Part shown: positions 13,021 to 27,149 of the stretch, one piece after another | Layout of the letters: each line of letters starts with the position of its first letter | How positions within the stretch are numbered: position 1 is the stretch's first letter | Assembly (NCBI RefSeq): GCF_009914755.1 | Contig: NC_060947.1 | Origin: the human T2T-CHM13v2.0 reference genome, Homo sapiens | Strand: one strand, 5' to 3' | Length of the DNA: 64,000 bases | Position numbers and translations under genes: made by a program | Notes under the pieces: generated by a model | What the model was told of the DNA's origin: nothing | Seen by the model: only the letters and a program-made list of their open reading frames with translations | The model's database searches: none

Positions 13021-14259
13021 ACATCAAACTGAAGTAGAAGGTGCAATAGTTTGTTTTTATAATTTATAACAAAGTCATTAACATTTTTAATTATTAAAAG
13101 CTAATGAATTTTTATGGTTCTTTTATTTTTCTCTTGCATTTTCATAGATGAGTTCCATTCAGACAGTTTGACAATTAACCATGAAATCTAAAAATCAGAA
13201 ATGATTAGTGCCTTGAGTTATACAATGAGACCCCATATTGCTTAACAGTTAGAATCTATTGAATTAAAAATTAAGAGAAATATAAAATATTCTTCAAAGC
13301 TACTGAGTTATGCTTAGGATACTGGTCTTTGTAAAGGAAGAGGAATGCAAAATGAGTCATGTTTTATTCAAGGATTTAAAGTCCAGTGGGAAAGCTATGA
13401 CAATACCTAATATATAAATAATTATAATAATAAACCACATTGTCAAAAGAGAGGTATAAATAAGAAAGGAAGGTAAATAAAGATTAATTTACATTTGGTC
13501 AGGAGTATTTTTAAGAAATTGAAAAATCATACATAAAAACTAAAAATATTGGTAGTTTTATTAATGTGGAATAGATGATTGCTAAGTTAGCTTAACTAGA
13601 TTTAGTAATTCTGTGAATGCATGATATATGTCAAATATAGTACAGTCTTTCAGAGAAAAAAGTCATCTTTCAAAATGTGAAAATGCTTTCCTATTATTCC
13701 CAAGTTTCAGTCATTTTAGTGAGAAGTATTAGTAGGTTGTGGAATACATATTTCAAGAAAAATGCACTCAACTTTTAATATTACTCTTGGATTTAACATT
13801 GAGGCAGAGAAAAATGCTCTATACAGTTTCAAACAGATATGTATTTTGTGTTCTGAAATATAGAGATTGAATGAGAGACAGGAATGAACAGGACCCTAAG
13901 GCTGAAATCTTTACAAAAGCATAACTGTGGAGGAATTCACCTCCCAAGTGAACTTCTCTGATTCTCTTGCTTTTAAACATTATGGCAGGCTCTGTTCTTT
14001 TTCTTTGGACCTTGCTGCGAGATCCTGCTGAGAAGTTCTCTCTGCAGTCTGCTAACAGACATGTACAGTGAAAATTAAAATTATTCAATTCATATATGAA
14101 TGAGCATATTATATCCAGAACCTACAGATTGTATTTTTGTCAATGTATGGTTTTAAACTGTTTGAATTTAAAAAGCAATGGAAATTAAAATGTGACTAGG
14201 ACTTTAAGCTAAATTGTTTTAAAGGAGAGTAATCTGTGAAATTAGGACATCTAGAGTTG

Positions 14260-14455
14260 AACCATAGAGTTTAGAATTGCAAGAGGACTTAAAGGTCATG
14301 GAATCCAACCTCCCACACAGTGCAGGAATTCCCTTGTAAGAAATTCTTAGTAACTAGTCAGCTAAGCTCTGTTTGAATATCCTTAGTGTTGGGAATCTCA
14401 CTACAGGGGCAGACATGCCACTTTTGAATAGCTCTAATTGTTAAGAATTTTCTGA
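14260..14455 (-). mobile_element. L3/CR1 LINE fragment
   Basis: CATAGAG...AAGGTCAT...TCCAACC...CTCTGTTTGAATA...CTCACTAC...AGCTCTAATTGTTA matches the recalled CR1/L3 3' region. Confidence 0.6.
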
Positions 14456-15584
14456 ACTCAGAAATAACTACCTAGCAAAAGAGGAGTACTTAATTTGCAT
14501 CAGTGCTTTGAAAATTTAAAACCAAAGAAATGGAAAATATCAAATAATTTCTAAATTGAATACCAGCTCCAAGGGGCAGAATTAGTCTCAATCATTGTTT
14601 GGTAACTTTTAATACTGTTTCCCTCATGACTCATAATTTCATAAATTTTTGCTATTTTGTTTACTAATATAGGGGAAAATATGTGTTTCAGTGGAAGAGC
14701 ATGCATTGTCACATATAGCACAGGCTTGTGGATTATTAGATTCTAGTCTATCATTGCCTTTCAGCTATTTTATAACTATAAATTTTGTCTTATTTCACAA
14801 AATTTCCAATGACTTCTCTCCCAATCATGGGTAAGCTAGCTTTGCCTCCATTTGCAATTCAGTTCCCTTACTCCCAGAAATGTGTGCTTTTTAATTTTCC
14901 TTTGAACTGGTTATAACATCTATCTGGTTTTCTTATTGAATGAATAAAAATAATATTTTTAATACATGCTCATTTTCATTTTTATATCTGTATTAGTCAT
15001 TATTTTACCTTTTCTGAAAATTATCTTTTAATATTTGTGGAGGTATTCCCACCAAGATGCCCAATGATTTGCTTACTAGAGCCAGATATACTTTCTCATC
15101 AGAGAAGGGCACCTATTGAGCAGTTTAAACCTAGGCTTCTACCTAGGATTTCTGACTAAATAATTTTGTTGACTGTCTTTCTTATTTTTATTTTCCACTC
15201 TACTAATTTTGTGTTTTGCTTTTGGTTTGTTTTCAGCCAGTAAGTTATTTCTGATTGCTGGCAGGAAATGTTGGGAATTTGGTTTTATGGTCTGACCATT
15301 TGGTGAAGTTATTGCACATCACTGGCAAGAGTAGTTGGAAATTTGGCCTCAACGTCTTATCATTTGATGAGTTCTGTAAATGCAGTAATGGTTTAAAGAG
15401 TTATTTTCTCTGTCGGGTGTAAGACGACAGAGAATCTTGTTTGGTAGGGTTTTCTATTTGTCTTATTTGTCTAGTTTGAGCTCAAGTCAGTGAAGAATTT
15501 CATGCCCACCAGAAAGTAGATATCTAGACTAATGAGTTTTTATTTCTGTGTTCGTGTTGAAATTTTAGAATTAAAGATAACCAT

Positions 15585-17130
<1,546 letters not shown>

Positions 17131-17329
17131 TTACAACATGTGCCAGTTTCCTCACTGAATAAGAAGAAATAAAATCTTCGGCATGTATTCATATCTTTTA
17201 ATAAAAGCCTATGCAAACCTCTCTTTTTTTGTATAAATGAAGTAGTATTGGATAAATAGATATTTATAATAAAAATACTGGCTTTTGTCAATCTTGTTAA
17301 AGTTGAATATTGATAATATAGTGTGATCT

Positions 17330-17510
17330 AATATAGCTCTGTCCAATAGAAATTTTTGTGATGTTGAAACTTTATCTATTGTCCAATAGGGTAATGACTA
17401 GCTATGTGGAGCTATAAAGCATTTGAAATATGGCCATTGCTACTGAAAAATATAATTCATTTAATTTAACTTAAATTTAAATAGTCACTTGTGATCACAT
17501 ATTGTACAGA
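17330..17510. mobile_element. MER3-like hAT DNA transposon
   Basis: CTGTCCAATAGAA...TGTCCAATA...CATTTGAAATATGGC...TTAAATTTAAATAG. Confidence 0.65.
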
Positions 17511-18041
17511 TCTATGGAGTGAGACTTGTAAGTATTGCCAGTGGCAAGGAAGTAACAAGCCTAACCATGAAGAGTTTTTGCTATGTTTCTGTAGTAGAAA
17601 CTTTCAAACCAACTTACATTCTTTTTGCCTGCTTATATATGAGTTAAGTAAATAAAAATGAAGGTTTTTAGAAAAGATCCTTTAAAAATAATGACTTTGT
17701 GTATTTTAGCATATAAAAATTTATTTTAAAATCTTATACCAACACTTTTAATCATATAAAATAAAATGTAACAGACATCTTTCATTATTTGTAACTAATA
17801 TGTGTATTTAATTCAGTTTAAACTGATAGCATTCCTTGGAAACCAAATGCTTTTCAAATGATAATTCTTAGAATTTTTACATATCTTAGAAGTGTTTCTT
17901 TTGTTCTTTGTTTTTTTGTTTGTTTGTTTATAAAATAAAGACATGTTACACTTTTGTGCTAGTGATCTAAATGATGCAAGACATGTAATCTTGGGAGAAA
18001 CTAGATTTGGAATTTTGGTGTTAAACTAATAATATGAACAT

Positions 18042-18183
18042 ATAGCATTGGGAGATATACCTAATGCTAGATGACGAGTTAGTGGGTGCAGCGCACAAGC
18101 ATGGCACATGTATACATATGTAACTAACCTGCACAATGTGCACATGTACCCTAAAACTTAAAGTATAATTTAAAAAATAAATA
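18042..18183 (+). mobile_element. Very short young L1 3' end (L1PA2-like)
   Basis: CCTAATGCTAGATGACGAGTTAGTGGG (GAG at the Ta diagnostic site) and CTTAAAGTATAAT. Perfect 18-bp flanking repeat AATAATATGAACATATAG at 18028-18045 and 18184-18201. Confidence 0.92.
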
Positions 18184-21072
18184 AATAATATGAACATATA
18201 GGTAATTAAATGACAGTCAGAAATTGTCATCTAGAAGTAGATGTATTGGTCATCTCAGAAAATAACCATACACAAAATACAGAAATACATAAAAATGCCT
18301 GGGATCAACTAAAATTTTTATAAAGTTATTTTTGATTATCCTACAAATAGGGATTTGATGAATACTAAGGTATAGAACTTTGGAAACTTTATACTTGGGA
18401 AGGTGTTGAATTATGGCTTCTGGGAAATTATACCAAAATAGCCTGCTGTTGAAGTGAAGCTAAGTTTATTGCTTATTGTGATAATGAGGATTATTAGCCT
18501 TGACAGAATCTCATTCTAGAGAAGGAAGGACATAGACTGTCTGTCATCTTCCTCTCTTTCACAAACAGTGCCAGGAATAATATCACAGAATCCCAGAGTA
18601 TCTATATTCGAAAATATATTTGAAATTATTTTGGCAAATCTCCTTTTATAAACAAGCTTTTGAATTCTGAGATTGATTACTAAACTAACATGCATTGTTT
18701 CATCTAGGTTTGTATGACTGATCAGATAACATACCTTATTATTTTATCATTCAGACTTGAACTTAAAGGCAGAGAAAGGACAAAAAATAAAATATTTATA
18801 GATTATTTGGCAAAGTATAAGTATCTCACATCTGTAAAATTTTAATAAAATTCTGCAAAGTTTTTGTGTCATGCTTGCCTAATGTGATTTATCTGTCAAT
18901 TGGTATATAGATTCCATTAAAATTCATTTTTAAAAAGGTGGAATTATGACTGTCATAAATGTAAAATAAAATGGTTAAAAATTTTATTTAGCTCAACAGT
19001 TAATGAGGAAACCAATAAGATGTTACAACTGGTAAAAAGAGAATTTTAAAAAATACAAAACACACAGATACAGCCAATTAGGAACTGTGAAATGAATGTA
19101 CAAATAGATGCAAAAAAAATGCTTCGTATCCACAAGACAGTAATCAGTTGCATCTACAGGAGGCACAATTCATTTACATATCTATGGACAATAATCATTA
19201 TAATTATTATAATCAGTTTTCTACAATTTACAGAGATGTAAAATAACTCAAAGACGATGAAAGGCGGATATGACTCAGAAGGGTGCTCTAGAGAGCACAT
19301 CCAATTAACTTTTTGCCTATTTCAAGGACTTTCGCAGTGTTTTTCTTATAACCCCAATGAAAATGAGAAATGGTTTCCACTTTACCCTACTCTCCATCAC
19401 GTCATATTAGTGTTGCCTATTTGACTCATTAGTGTTATTTGCCTGACTCCTGCAGCCATTTTAATATAAAAATTTGAAATTCCTACTCTCAAGTTGAACA
19501 TAGAAGATAGTCAATATTCTAAATTTAAAAGGTTAAAAACTTAACGTATTTGTTTTTAATTTTAACATATGTTTAATAAAATAAGAAACTTGAACACCGT
19601 AGTATTTATGGTCTGCATAATCTGTTGGATTTACCTAATTCATGGATTTTAATACACATGTTGTCTTTAGGTTACCCCTGAGGGCAATTGTTTTTGGCAT
19701 ACCTAGCATAAAGCAGGTATTCCCTGTAAGATTTTTTCCCATTTCATGTAAAAAGGTTAAATGCTGGTTTGGTGGATCCTGCTTCAACATTATGAAGATA
19801 GCATTTGAACTACATGTCTTTCGGGAAATTATATATGGATATATCTACAGATGTAGATATAATAGATACAAACCAGTAAGAAAGGAAATCTAACTTTTTA
19901 GTGATTTCCTTTTTACTTTTAAAAAATTGCTATTGAATTTTTTCAGTTAAATAGTAACAAAAATAACTAACAACATAGGCTCCATACAAAATTTAATTTG
20001 CCACTTTATAACTTTTTCAATTCCTTTATACTGTATAAACCACAGATTTTTTGTTTCTAGCCTATAGTTTCTGCCTAAAATACAGGAAATGATACTTACA
20101 ATACCAAAATGAAACCATTAAAAGTTTTGGATGCTGGATTAAGTGATATACCACTTAAATAATGATCCAACTTTGTCTAAATTCTTCAAGAACTAGAATA
20201 TATATAATTTTATTATATTATCTCCTTTTTACATTGTTTTTTTTTCCTTTGGATCTGATTTTTCAAAACTTTAGTCTAATAATGTATCACTCTGTAAAGT
20301 AACATTCCTTGTAAGATTTTTAAAGTAGAAAATCTTTTCACATGAAGATATATATGTACTATATACATATATGTATATATTTCTAAACCCTGTGTTCTTT
20401 GTGTAATTGATGGAGGATTGGTCTGTAGAGAACAACCAAAGTTGCAAATCATGGAGAAAATCTCTCTGAAGTGCAAGTAAGATAAAGAATAAAATAATTG
20501 GAGCATTGTTGTTTTAAAAAAAAAAGCTTCTCTTGGAAAATGTCCTTAAGTATACGTGGTTAGAAAAATAATGAATCCTAGCTTTAAATTTGTGTGATTT
20601 AACTTAGTTTACGAATGTTTATGTTTTTCATTAATGGAAAAACGTTTACCAATGAAGAATAACATGAATTGATTTATAATAATTAGCATGTTTAATTTCA
20701 AGGATACTGCCTCAAAACACTGAATTAAGTTTTAAATTATTATGCATTTGACCACAGAGAGTCTATACCAAGCTATTATGATGTAGTTATGTTTGTTTTA
20801 ATACTTCAGTCTCCACATAAATGGCATAAGATAACCTCATATTCATAATACTCTAAGTACGTGCATGAAAAAATCAAAACTGTTATTTGAATAACAAAGC
20901 TCATGGGACAAGGAAATGATGCCAAACTATCTTTTAGGAAATTACAGAGTAAAATAAGTTATTTACTTTAGGTACAGTATTTAACTTGTACCTAGTACAT
21001 TGATTTAACATTCACATCTCTGATAAAGAGTTACCTACTAGTGTCAGAAATCCCATATATCTCCAAGGTTTT

Positions 21073-21387
21073 ACTATGGCTCGAATGCCTCCTCCACACA
21101 TTCAGGTGTTACCAATGTGGTTGTATTGAGAGGTGGAGCCTTTAAACAATGATTAGGCCATGAAGGCTCCTCCTGTGTGAATGAGATTAAGGCCCTTATT
21201 AAAGAGGTTACACTCAGTGTTCAGCGATCTTGCTCTTCCTCCTTCCGCCATGTGAGAACTCAGCCTTCCTTCCCTCCAGAAGACAGAGTAAGAAGGCCCT
21301 CACCTGACATCAAAATGCCAGCGCCTTGATGTTGGACTTCCTAGCCTCCAGAACTGTAAGAAATAAGTTTTTGTTCTTTATAAGTTA
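21073..21387 (+). mobile_element. MST (MSTC-like) MaLR LTR, 3'-truncated
   Basis: GATTAGGCCATGA...AAGGCCCTCACC...CCTTGATGTTGGACTTCCTAGCCTCCAGAACTGTAAGAAATAA. Confidence 0.75.
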
Positions 21388-24300
21388 AAAATATATAAAT
21401 ACATAAGTTATTTATCATGCAATATTTAAGGAATACCTAAGCACATGCGTGCTCACCATCTAGCTTAAGTAATAAAACATTGCCAAAGCAGCGAAATCCC
21501 CTCCTCTTTGTCTGTTCCCTTCCTTCCCTGATCATCTCTCCTGTCTTCCAGATATACTTACCATTCTGAATATAGTGACAATCATCCTATGCATTTGTTA
21601 TTTCTTTTTTTAAATATAGCTGTCTATCCCCAAGCAATATATAGTATTGTTTTACAGTTTTTAACTCTGCATAAATAGTGTGATAAAATATGTGTTCTGA
21701 AACACACTTTTGTTTTGCTCATTGTACTTGTGAAATTCATTTGATATGTGTAGCTCTGGTTCATTCTTTATCAGTGACATAATATTTCACTGTTTGGTCT
21801 ACATTATCAAATGGTGGCCTACTCAGAAAAGAATGTGGTTAAAAAAAACCCCTAAGTTGGACAATATTCTGATTATTATGATTAATTTCAGATTTATTAA
21901 ACTAAAGTTTATTTTGAATCAACTAGCAATGAAAAAATAAATATTCATATTTAATATGACCATAAATCAGCTTTTCTATTGCCTTTGCATCAATAATTAA
22001 AAAATAAGTAAATAATGCACTGATTCAATAGTCAGGTGCTATTTATCCCAATTCTACCTAATTTAGAGGTAATATATTAGGTAGGAAACCTAAGAGTATC
22101 AGTACTGATTAGTGATTTGAGGCAGAAAACTTGCAAATTAGGCTGGGAATTGCTAGTAAGGTTCTGGATTCAATCATGATGAAGTGACTTGGTTTTATGT
22201 GCCTAAGGACCCTGTCTAATGAGTTGTATCGTCTTAATAGGCCACGTACTGGTAAAAAAAAAAAAACAAAAACATAAAAGCAAGCAAATGTTAATGATAT
22301 CTCAAAAGAGCTCATTAATTAGGCAGTCGGCACCTCAACACAGAAAAAATTTCTGGCCATGTGGCCCTCACCCCACTTTAGCCTTAGCAGGTAGAAAAAC
22401 TAAATGCTTGAGGAGTATTTGTTACTAATTACCTCTGATTGGTATGCCATGTCTGGTCTCGTTTTGATATAGAGGGCAAAAAACATGAAAGCCAATGAAC
22501 ATTAAATTGCCAAAGTGAGTGTAACACAGCAAGAACATTTACCATTTCCACCATGTTTCATCATAAATGGGAGAAATAATACTGGAGTTGTGGAGGCAGG
22601 GGTTTTGGAGATATCACAGATTTGAGTCATGGACAGCTATGTAGTGCTATCCATTATCTTAAAAAAAAAAGTCCTTTTAAAACAGTATTAGTCATGTCTA
22701 CAGGATATTTTCTCAGTTTTGCATAAAATGCTTCCTGACATTTTCATGCTAATATAACATTAAATATTTCTGTTGTATAACAATCTCACTAGAACTTGGT
22801 TTTCCTTTTTTTTAAGACGTGAATTTTAAGTGGTGGTCATTATGATATCATTGAAAGGAAACCAGAACTAACAATAATTACCAAATACAGCCCTTTTATT
22901 ACCTGTTTCCCAAAGAATCTCCATTTTATGTACCATTTGACAAATGCAACCTATTGTGTAAGTAGCAAAAACTCTGCAGGCAGAGTGCATTTTTAATACT
23001 TTATTACATTAAGACTCAGGTTTAAAAAAGTAAGTTATTTCTGTTAGCTTTAGTATTTTTCACTTCATAGAAAAAGCTTTTGTCTGAATTGTCCTATTTT
23101 GGGGTTCCTGGATTTAGTAAGATGATATAAAATACTATACTATTTTAAGATATTATTAATACTCCACTACTAAGAATATAATATTAGGATTTAATTATTT
23201 TTTCTTGCCTATACATATTAGACTATATATTTGACTTTGCATTTGCATAAAGAGCATATTATTACAATCCCTAACATTTCTTAGATCGTAAGGCAAACCT
23301 ATATTCAAATGAGAATATATATTGAAGATTCCATATCTATAAGCCTGAGATAAATGTATGATTTGGTGAGAGGGAGAAGAGAATTTATAATAATGATAAA
23401 AGCTATTAACACTAAAATATTTTAGGATTTTTAGCACAGTGTCATTATCTACATGAAGAAATTGTTATACTTGCAAGTGAAATAGTTCCACGTGAATTCG
23501 AATGGCTGGGCTAGAAATTAGGAAGTTGGTACTATTTGGAATGAAGCACTTATCATTTTTCTTTTTCTGAAGACATATTTTTTCACTCATCTCTTCTCTC
23601 CAACATCTTTCAACTTATTAAGCAGGTCGCCTAAAGGAGAAACCATCTCCAGAAAAATTGCAATAACTTCTTTAGGGCTTTCGTATTTGGCTTCAGTTTC
23701 TCCTACCTTCCGTAATAGATTCACCCTCTTTGTTCACCTTTCTAAAGGAGGCATTGTAAGGAAGCTTTCTTACAGCGAATTTACAATATCTGGTGACGTC
23801 TGACTCCTTTTTTTTTCTTAGGCTAGACACTTTCTCACTGAAAGAAGCCTTTTGTCGGCATCTATTATGCTACTTTCCCACCGTTATAAATCCTCTATAT
23901 TTTCTTAAATAGGACAGATGATATTAGGTATCCAGTTCCAATGCCATAGCACTTGAATTTAAATGTAGACAGTGTTTTATTCTCCTAATCTCTGTAAACT
24001 CTGATAGTTGCTTTAACAGAACGTGCCTTTTTTGTTTGCTTTGTTCAGTGGTTGAGCTTTAATAGTAAGTGAGGAGGGAACATAGATAAAAGAATGTCTT
24101 TAAAGGCCATGAAATCTTCCCTCAGTTTGGAACAAACACCTTAGCTTCAATGTCTCTGCCACTTAGCATATTTAATTTCTTTGGACAACATTGTCCACAG
24201 TGTTGAAATGAATCTGACTTGAAAAGCTCAGGCATTTTTAGGATATATATTGGCATTAATAAATAGTGTGTTTTGACTTCAGAGCTGTGAATTACCCCTA

Positions 24301-25309
24301 GTTCCCTGATAAAATATTTGTAATTGGATTTTTTTTGGTCAGTATTAAAGTGTGTTTGAGTTTCAAGAGAGACATGAGGAGTTTTTAATATAGAACAATT
24401 TATTTTACTTAATATCTTACATTTATTTTTGGAAAGTGATTCATTGTATTTAAATTTCTCAAATATTCAAAGCACCAAGGAAAATTATAGACAATAGTTT
24501 CTATTATTATTTGCTTATTTTTCTATTGGAAAAACTTTTGTTTTTTTCTCACTATACAAATAAGTTTTTTCAATTAGCTTAATAACTTTGAACAACACAT
24601 TTATTTGACACTACATTTAACTGTTGTCAAAAATGTTATTGGATCATGGTTGAATAATTAATAAACCATTGGGTACTTTCTACAGAACCATTTTAGTTAT
24701 TTTATAATAAAGTCCCTCATAGGAGATATTAGTTGAGGTGAAAATTGTTCCTATCAGTATAAGCCCAAGAACTCTTGTCTGACAATTAAGCAACAAATAA
24801 TTATTGTGCCCTCATAGAAACCACTGGTAGCTCTTTCATGAATGAATGACAATATTTCACTTTGTAGTTAATAATGTATGAAGACAGATGAAGGTGTTTG
24901 TGACAGATAATACTCCTTCGTGAAATACAGAATCACTGCTCTGCAAATAGTATTCATTAAGGGTGTGGTATTTGTCTGGATTAAGTAGTTTTTGGTGGCA
25001 TGTATGTATAACCAATTCAAAAATGCTTAATGAAAATTTATCACTATGATAGTTATAAGGTTGTTTTATAGAATACAAAGTTTGCAAATGCAGACAGGAT
25101 TCATAAAGGAGAGAAAGTAGAATAGGCATGCTATCAGGAACTCAGGCAGAACTCTCAATGTAGTCTCTGAGTTTACTTGGTCTCTTGATTTAATTAATTA
25201 ATTCAGTCAGTCAATTGGTCATGTGTCTATTTACTCAACAGGTGTTTATTAAGGACCGTGTGTCTAATCCAGTCACTGGAACTATGTATAATACAGACTT
25301 GACTTAAAA

Positions 25310-26111
25310 ATAATATATAATTCACAAACCATGCTACTGACCCATTTAAATTGTATAATTTGATGATTTCTAATAATAACCATAGAGTTGCATAAGCATC
25401 ACTACAAACACTTTTAGAACATTTTCTTTACTCCATTAACAGTCAATCCCTATCCCCCTTTCCCCTGCTACTAGCAACCACTAGTCTTCTTTCTGTTGCT
25501 ATGGATCTGCCTGTTTTGGATATTTCATATGAAATGAATCATGTAATATGTGGTATTTCATGACTGGCCTACTTCACTTAGCACACTATAATCCAAAGTA
25601 CTTCTTCCTTTTTTTGCAGAATAATATACCGTTGTATGGATGCAGCACATTTTATTTATCCTTTCATCAGCTGGTAGACATTTAGGTTGTTTCCACCTCT
25701 TGGTTATTATGAATAATACTGCTATGAACGTTCACTTGCAAGTTTTTGTGTGGAGATATTGGTGGTTTGTGTTTAAAGTATTGAGGAACCAGATTTACCA
25801 AAACAGCTGCATCATTTTTCACTCCAGCTAATAGTATCTGAGGGTGCCAGTTCCTCCACATCCTTACCAATACTTGTTATTGGTCTTTTTCATTATGGCC
25901 ATCCTAGTAAGTATGAAATAAAATATCATTATAGTTTTAATTTATTATCTCTCTAATGACTAATGATACAGAACATATTTTCATATACCTATTGGATATT
26001 CATATATCTTCTGTGGAGATATAAATCTTTATAGCGTTTGGTAATTTTTAAATTGGGTTTTCTGTGCTATTATTGAATTATAAGAGTTCTTTATATATTC
26101 TAGATGCAAGT
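25310..26111 (-). mobile_element. L1MB/L1M element, left part (host of the HERV-H)
   Basis: Antisense L1M 3' motifs ending TTCTTTATATATTCTAGATGCAAGT. Continues colinearly at 32163. Confidence 0.85.
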
Positions 26112-26568
26112 TTTCACTCGCGTCCGAGTGAAGAGACCACCAAACAGGCTTTGTGTGAGCAATAAAGCTTTTTAATCACCTGGGTGCAGGCAGGCCGAGT
26201 CCTAAAAGAGAGTCAGCGAAGGGAGTTGGGGTGGGGCTGTTTTATAAGATTTGGGTAGGTAAAGGAAAATTACAGTCAAAGGGGGGTTGTTCTCTGGCGG
26301 GCAGGAGTGGGGGTCAGAAGGTGCTCAGTGGGGGAGCTTTTTGAGCCAGGATGAGCCAGGAGAGGGAATTTCACAAGGTAATGTCATCAGTTAAGGCAAG
26401 GACCGGCCATTTTCACTTCTTTTGTGGTGGAATGTCCTCAGGTAAGGCAGGAACAGGCCATTTAAATTTTACTTCTTTTGTGATTCTTCAGTTACTTCAG
26501 GCCATCCGGATGTATATGTGTAGGTCACAGGGGATATGATGGCTTAGCTTGGGCTCAGAGGCCTGACA
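26112..26568 (-). mobile_element. HERV-H 3' LTR (LTR7 type)
   Basis: Minus strand reads TGTCAGGCCTCTGAGCCCAAGCTAAGCC...GACGCGAGTGAAA, with ATTAAA poly(A) signal at 26171-26176. Preceded by polypurine tract AAGAAGACAGGAA (26569-26581). Confidence 0.96.
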
Positions 26569-27149
26569 TTCCTGTCTTCTTATATTAATAAGAAAAATAA
26601 AACAAAACAGTGTTGAAGTGTTGGGGCGGCGAAAATTTTCGTGGTGGTGTGGAGAGATAATGGGTGATGTTTCTCAGGGCTGCTTCGAGGTGGATTAGGG
26701 GCGGCGTGGGAACCTAGAGTGGGAGGGATTAAGCTGAAGGAAGATTTTGTGGTAAGGGGTGATATTGTGGGGTTGTTAGAAGAAACATTTGTTGTGTAGA
26801 ATTATTGGTGACGGCCTGGATACGGTTTTGTATGAATTGAAAAACTAAATGGAATAAGAGAAGGAGAAAAACAGGTATTAAAGGCCTAAGAATTGGGAGG
26901 ACCTAGGACGTTTAATTAGAGAATGCCTAAGGAGGTTCAGCATAGCCTTGCCAGCAAAGATTATTTACTTTAAGAGTTAAGAGTGGCGGTTTGGGGATAG
27001 CACCAGGAAGTATCAGCTGTGATGTCTTGGAGAAGCAGTGTAAACAAGAGCAGGGCATTTATGAGTAGTTGAGACTGGTGAATAGGAGTATGACTAGACA
27101 GAAGATAGCAGGGATGACAAGTTTTTTGGGGTGCAGTCTAAGTTGGTCT

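Noticed and set aside
13941-14048. Possible 108-nt minus-strand exon (TTAGCAG| ... GAG|GTGAAT) downstream of the HERV-H
   Set aside because: Weak pyrimidine tract and donor, and no recognisable peptide. Cannot be supported from sequence alone.
18960-19260. Possible ERV-related fragment
   Set aside because: Only vague resemblance to recalled repeats. Family and boundaries could not be assigned.
23586-23735. Protein-looking minus-strand frame (...ETEAKYESPKEVIAIFLEMVSPLGDLLNKLKDVGEKR*)
   Set aside because: Under 50 codons, bounded by stops, with no suitable in-frame acceptor or early ATG and no family recognised.
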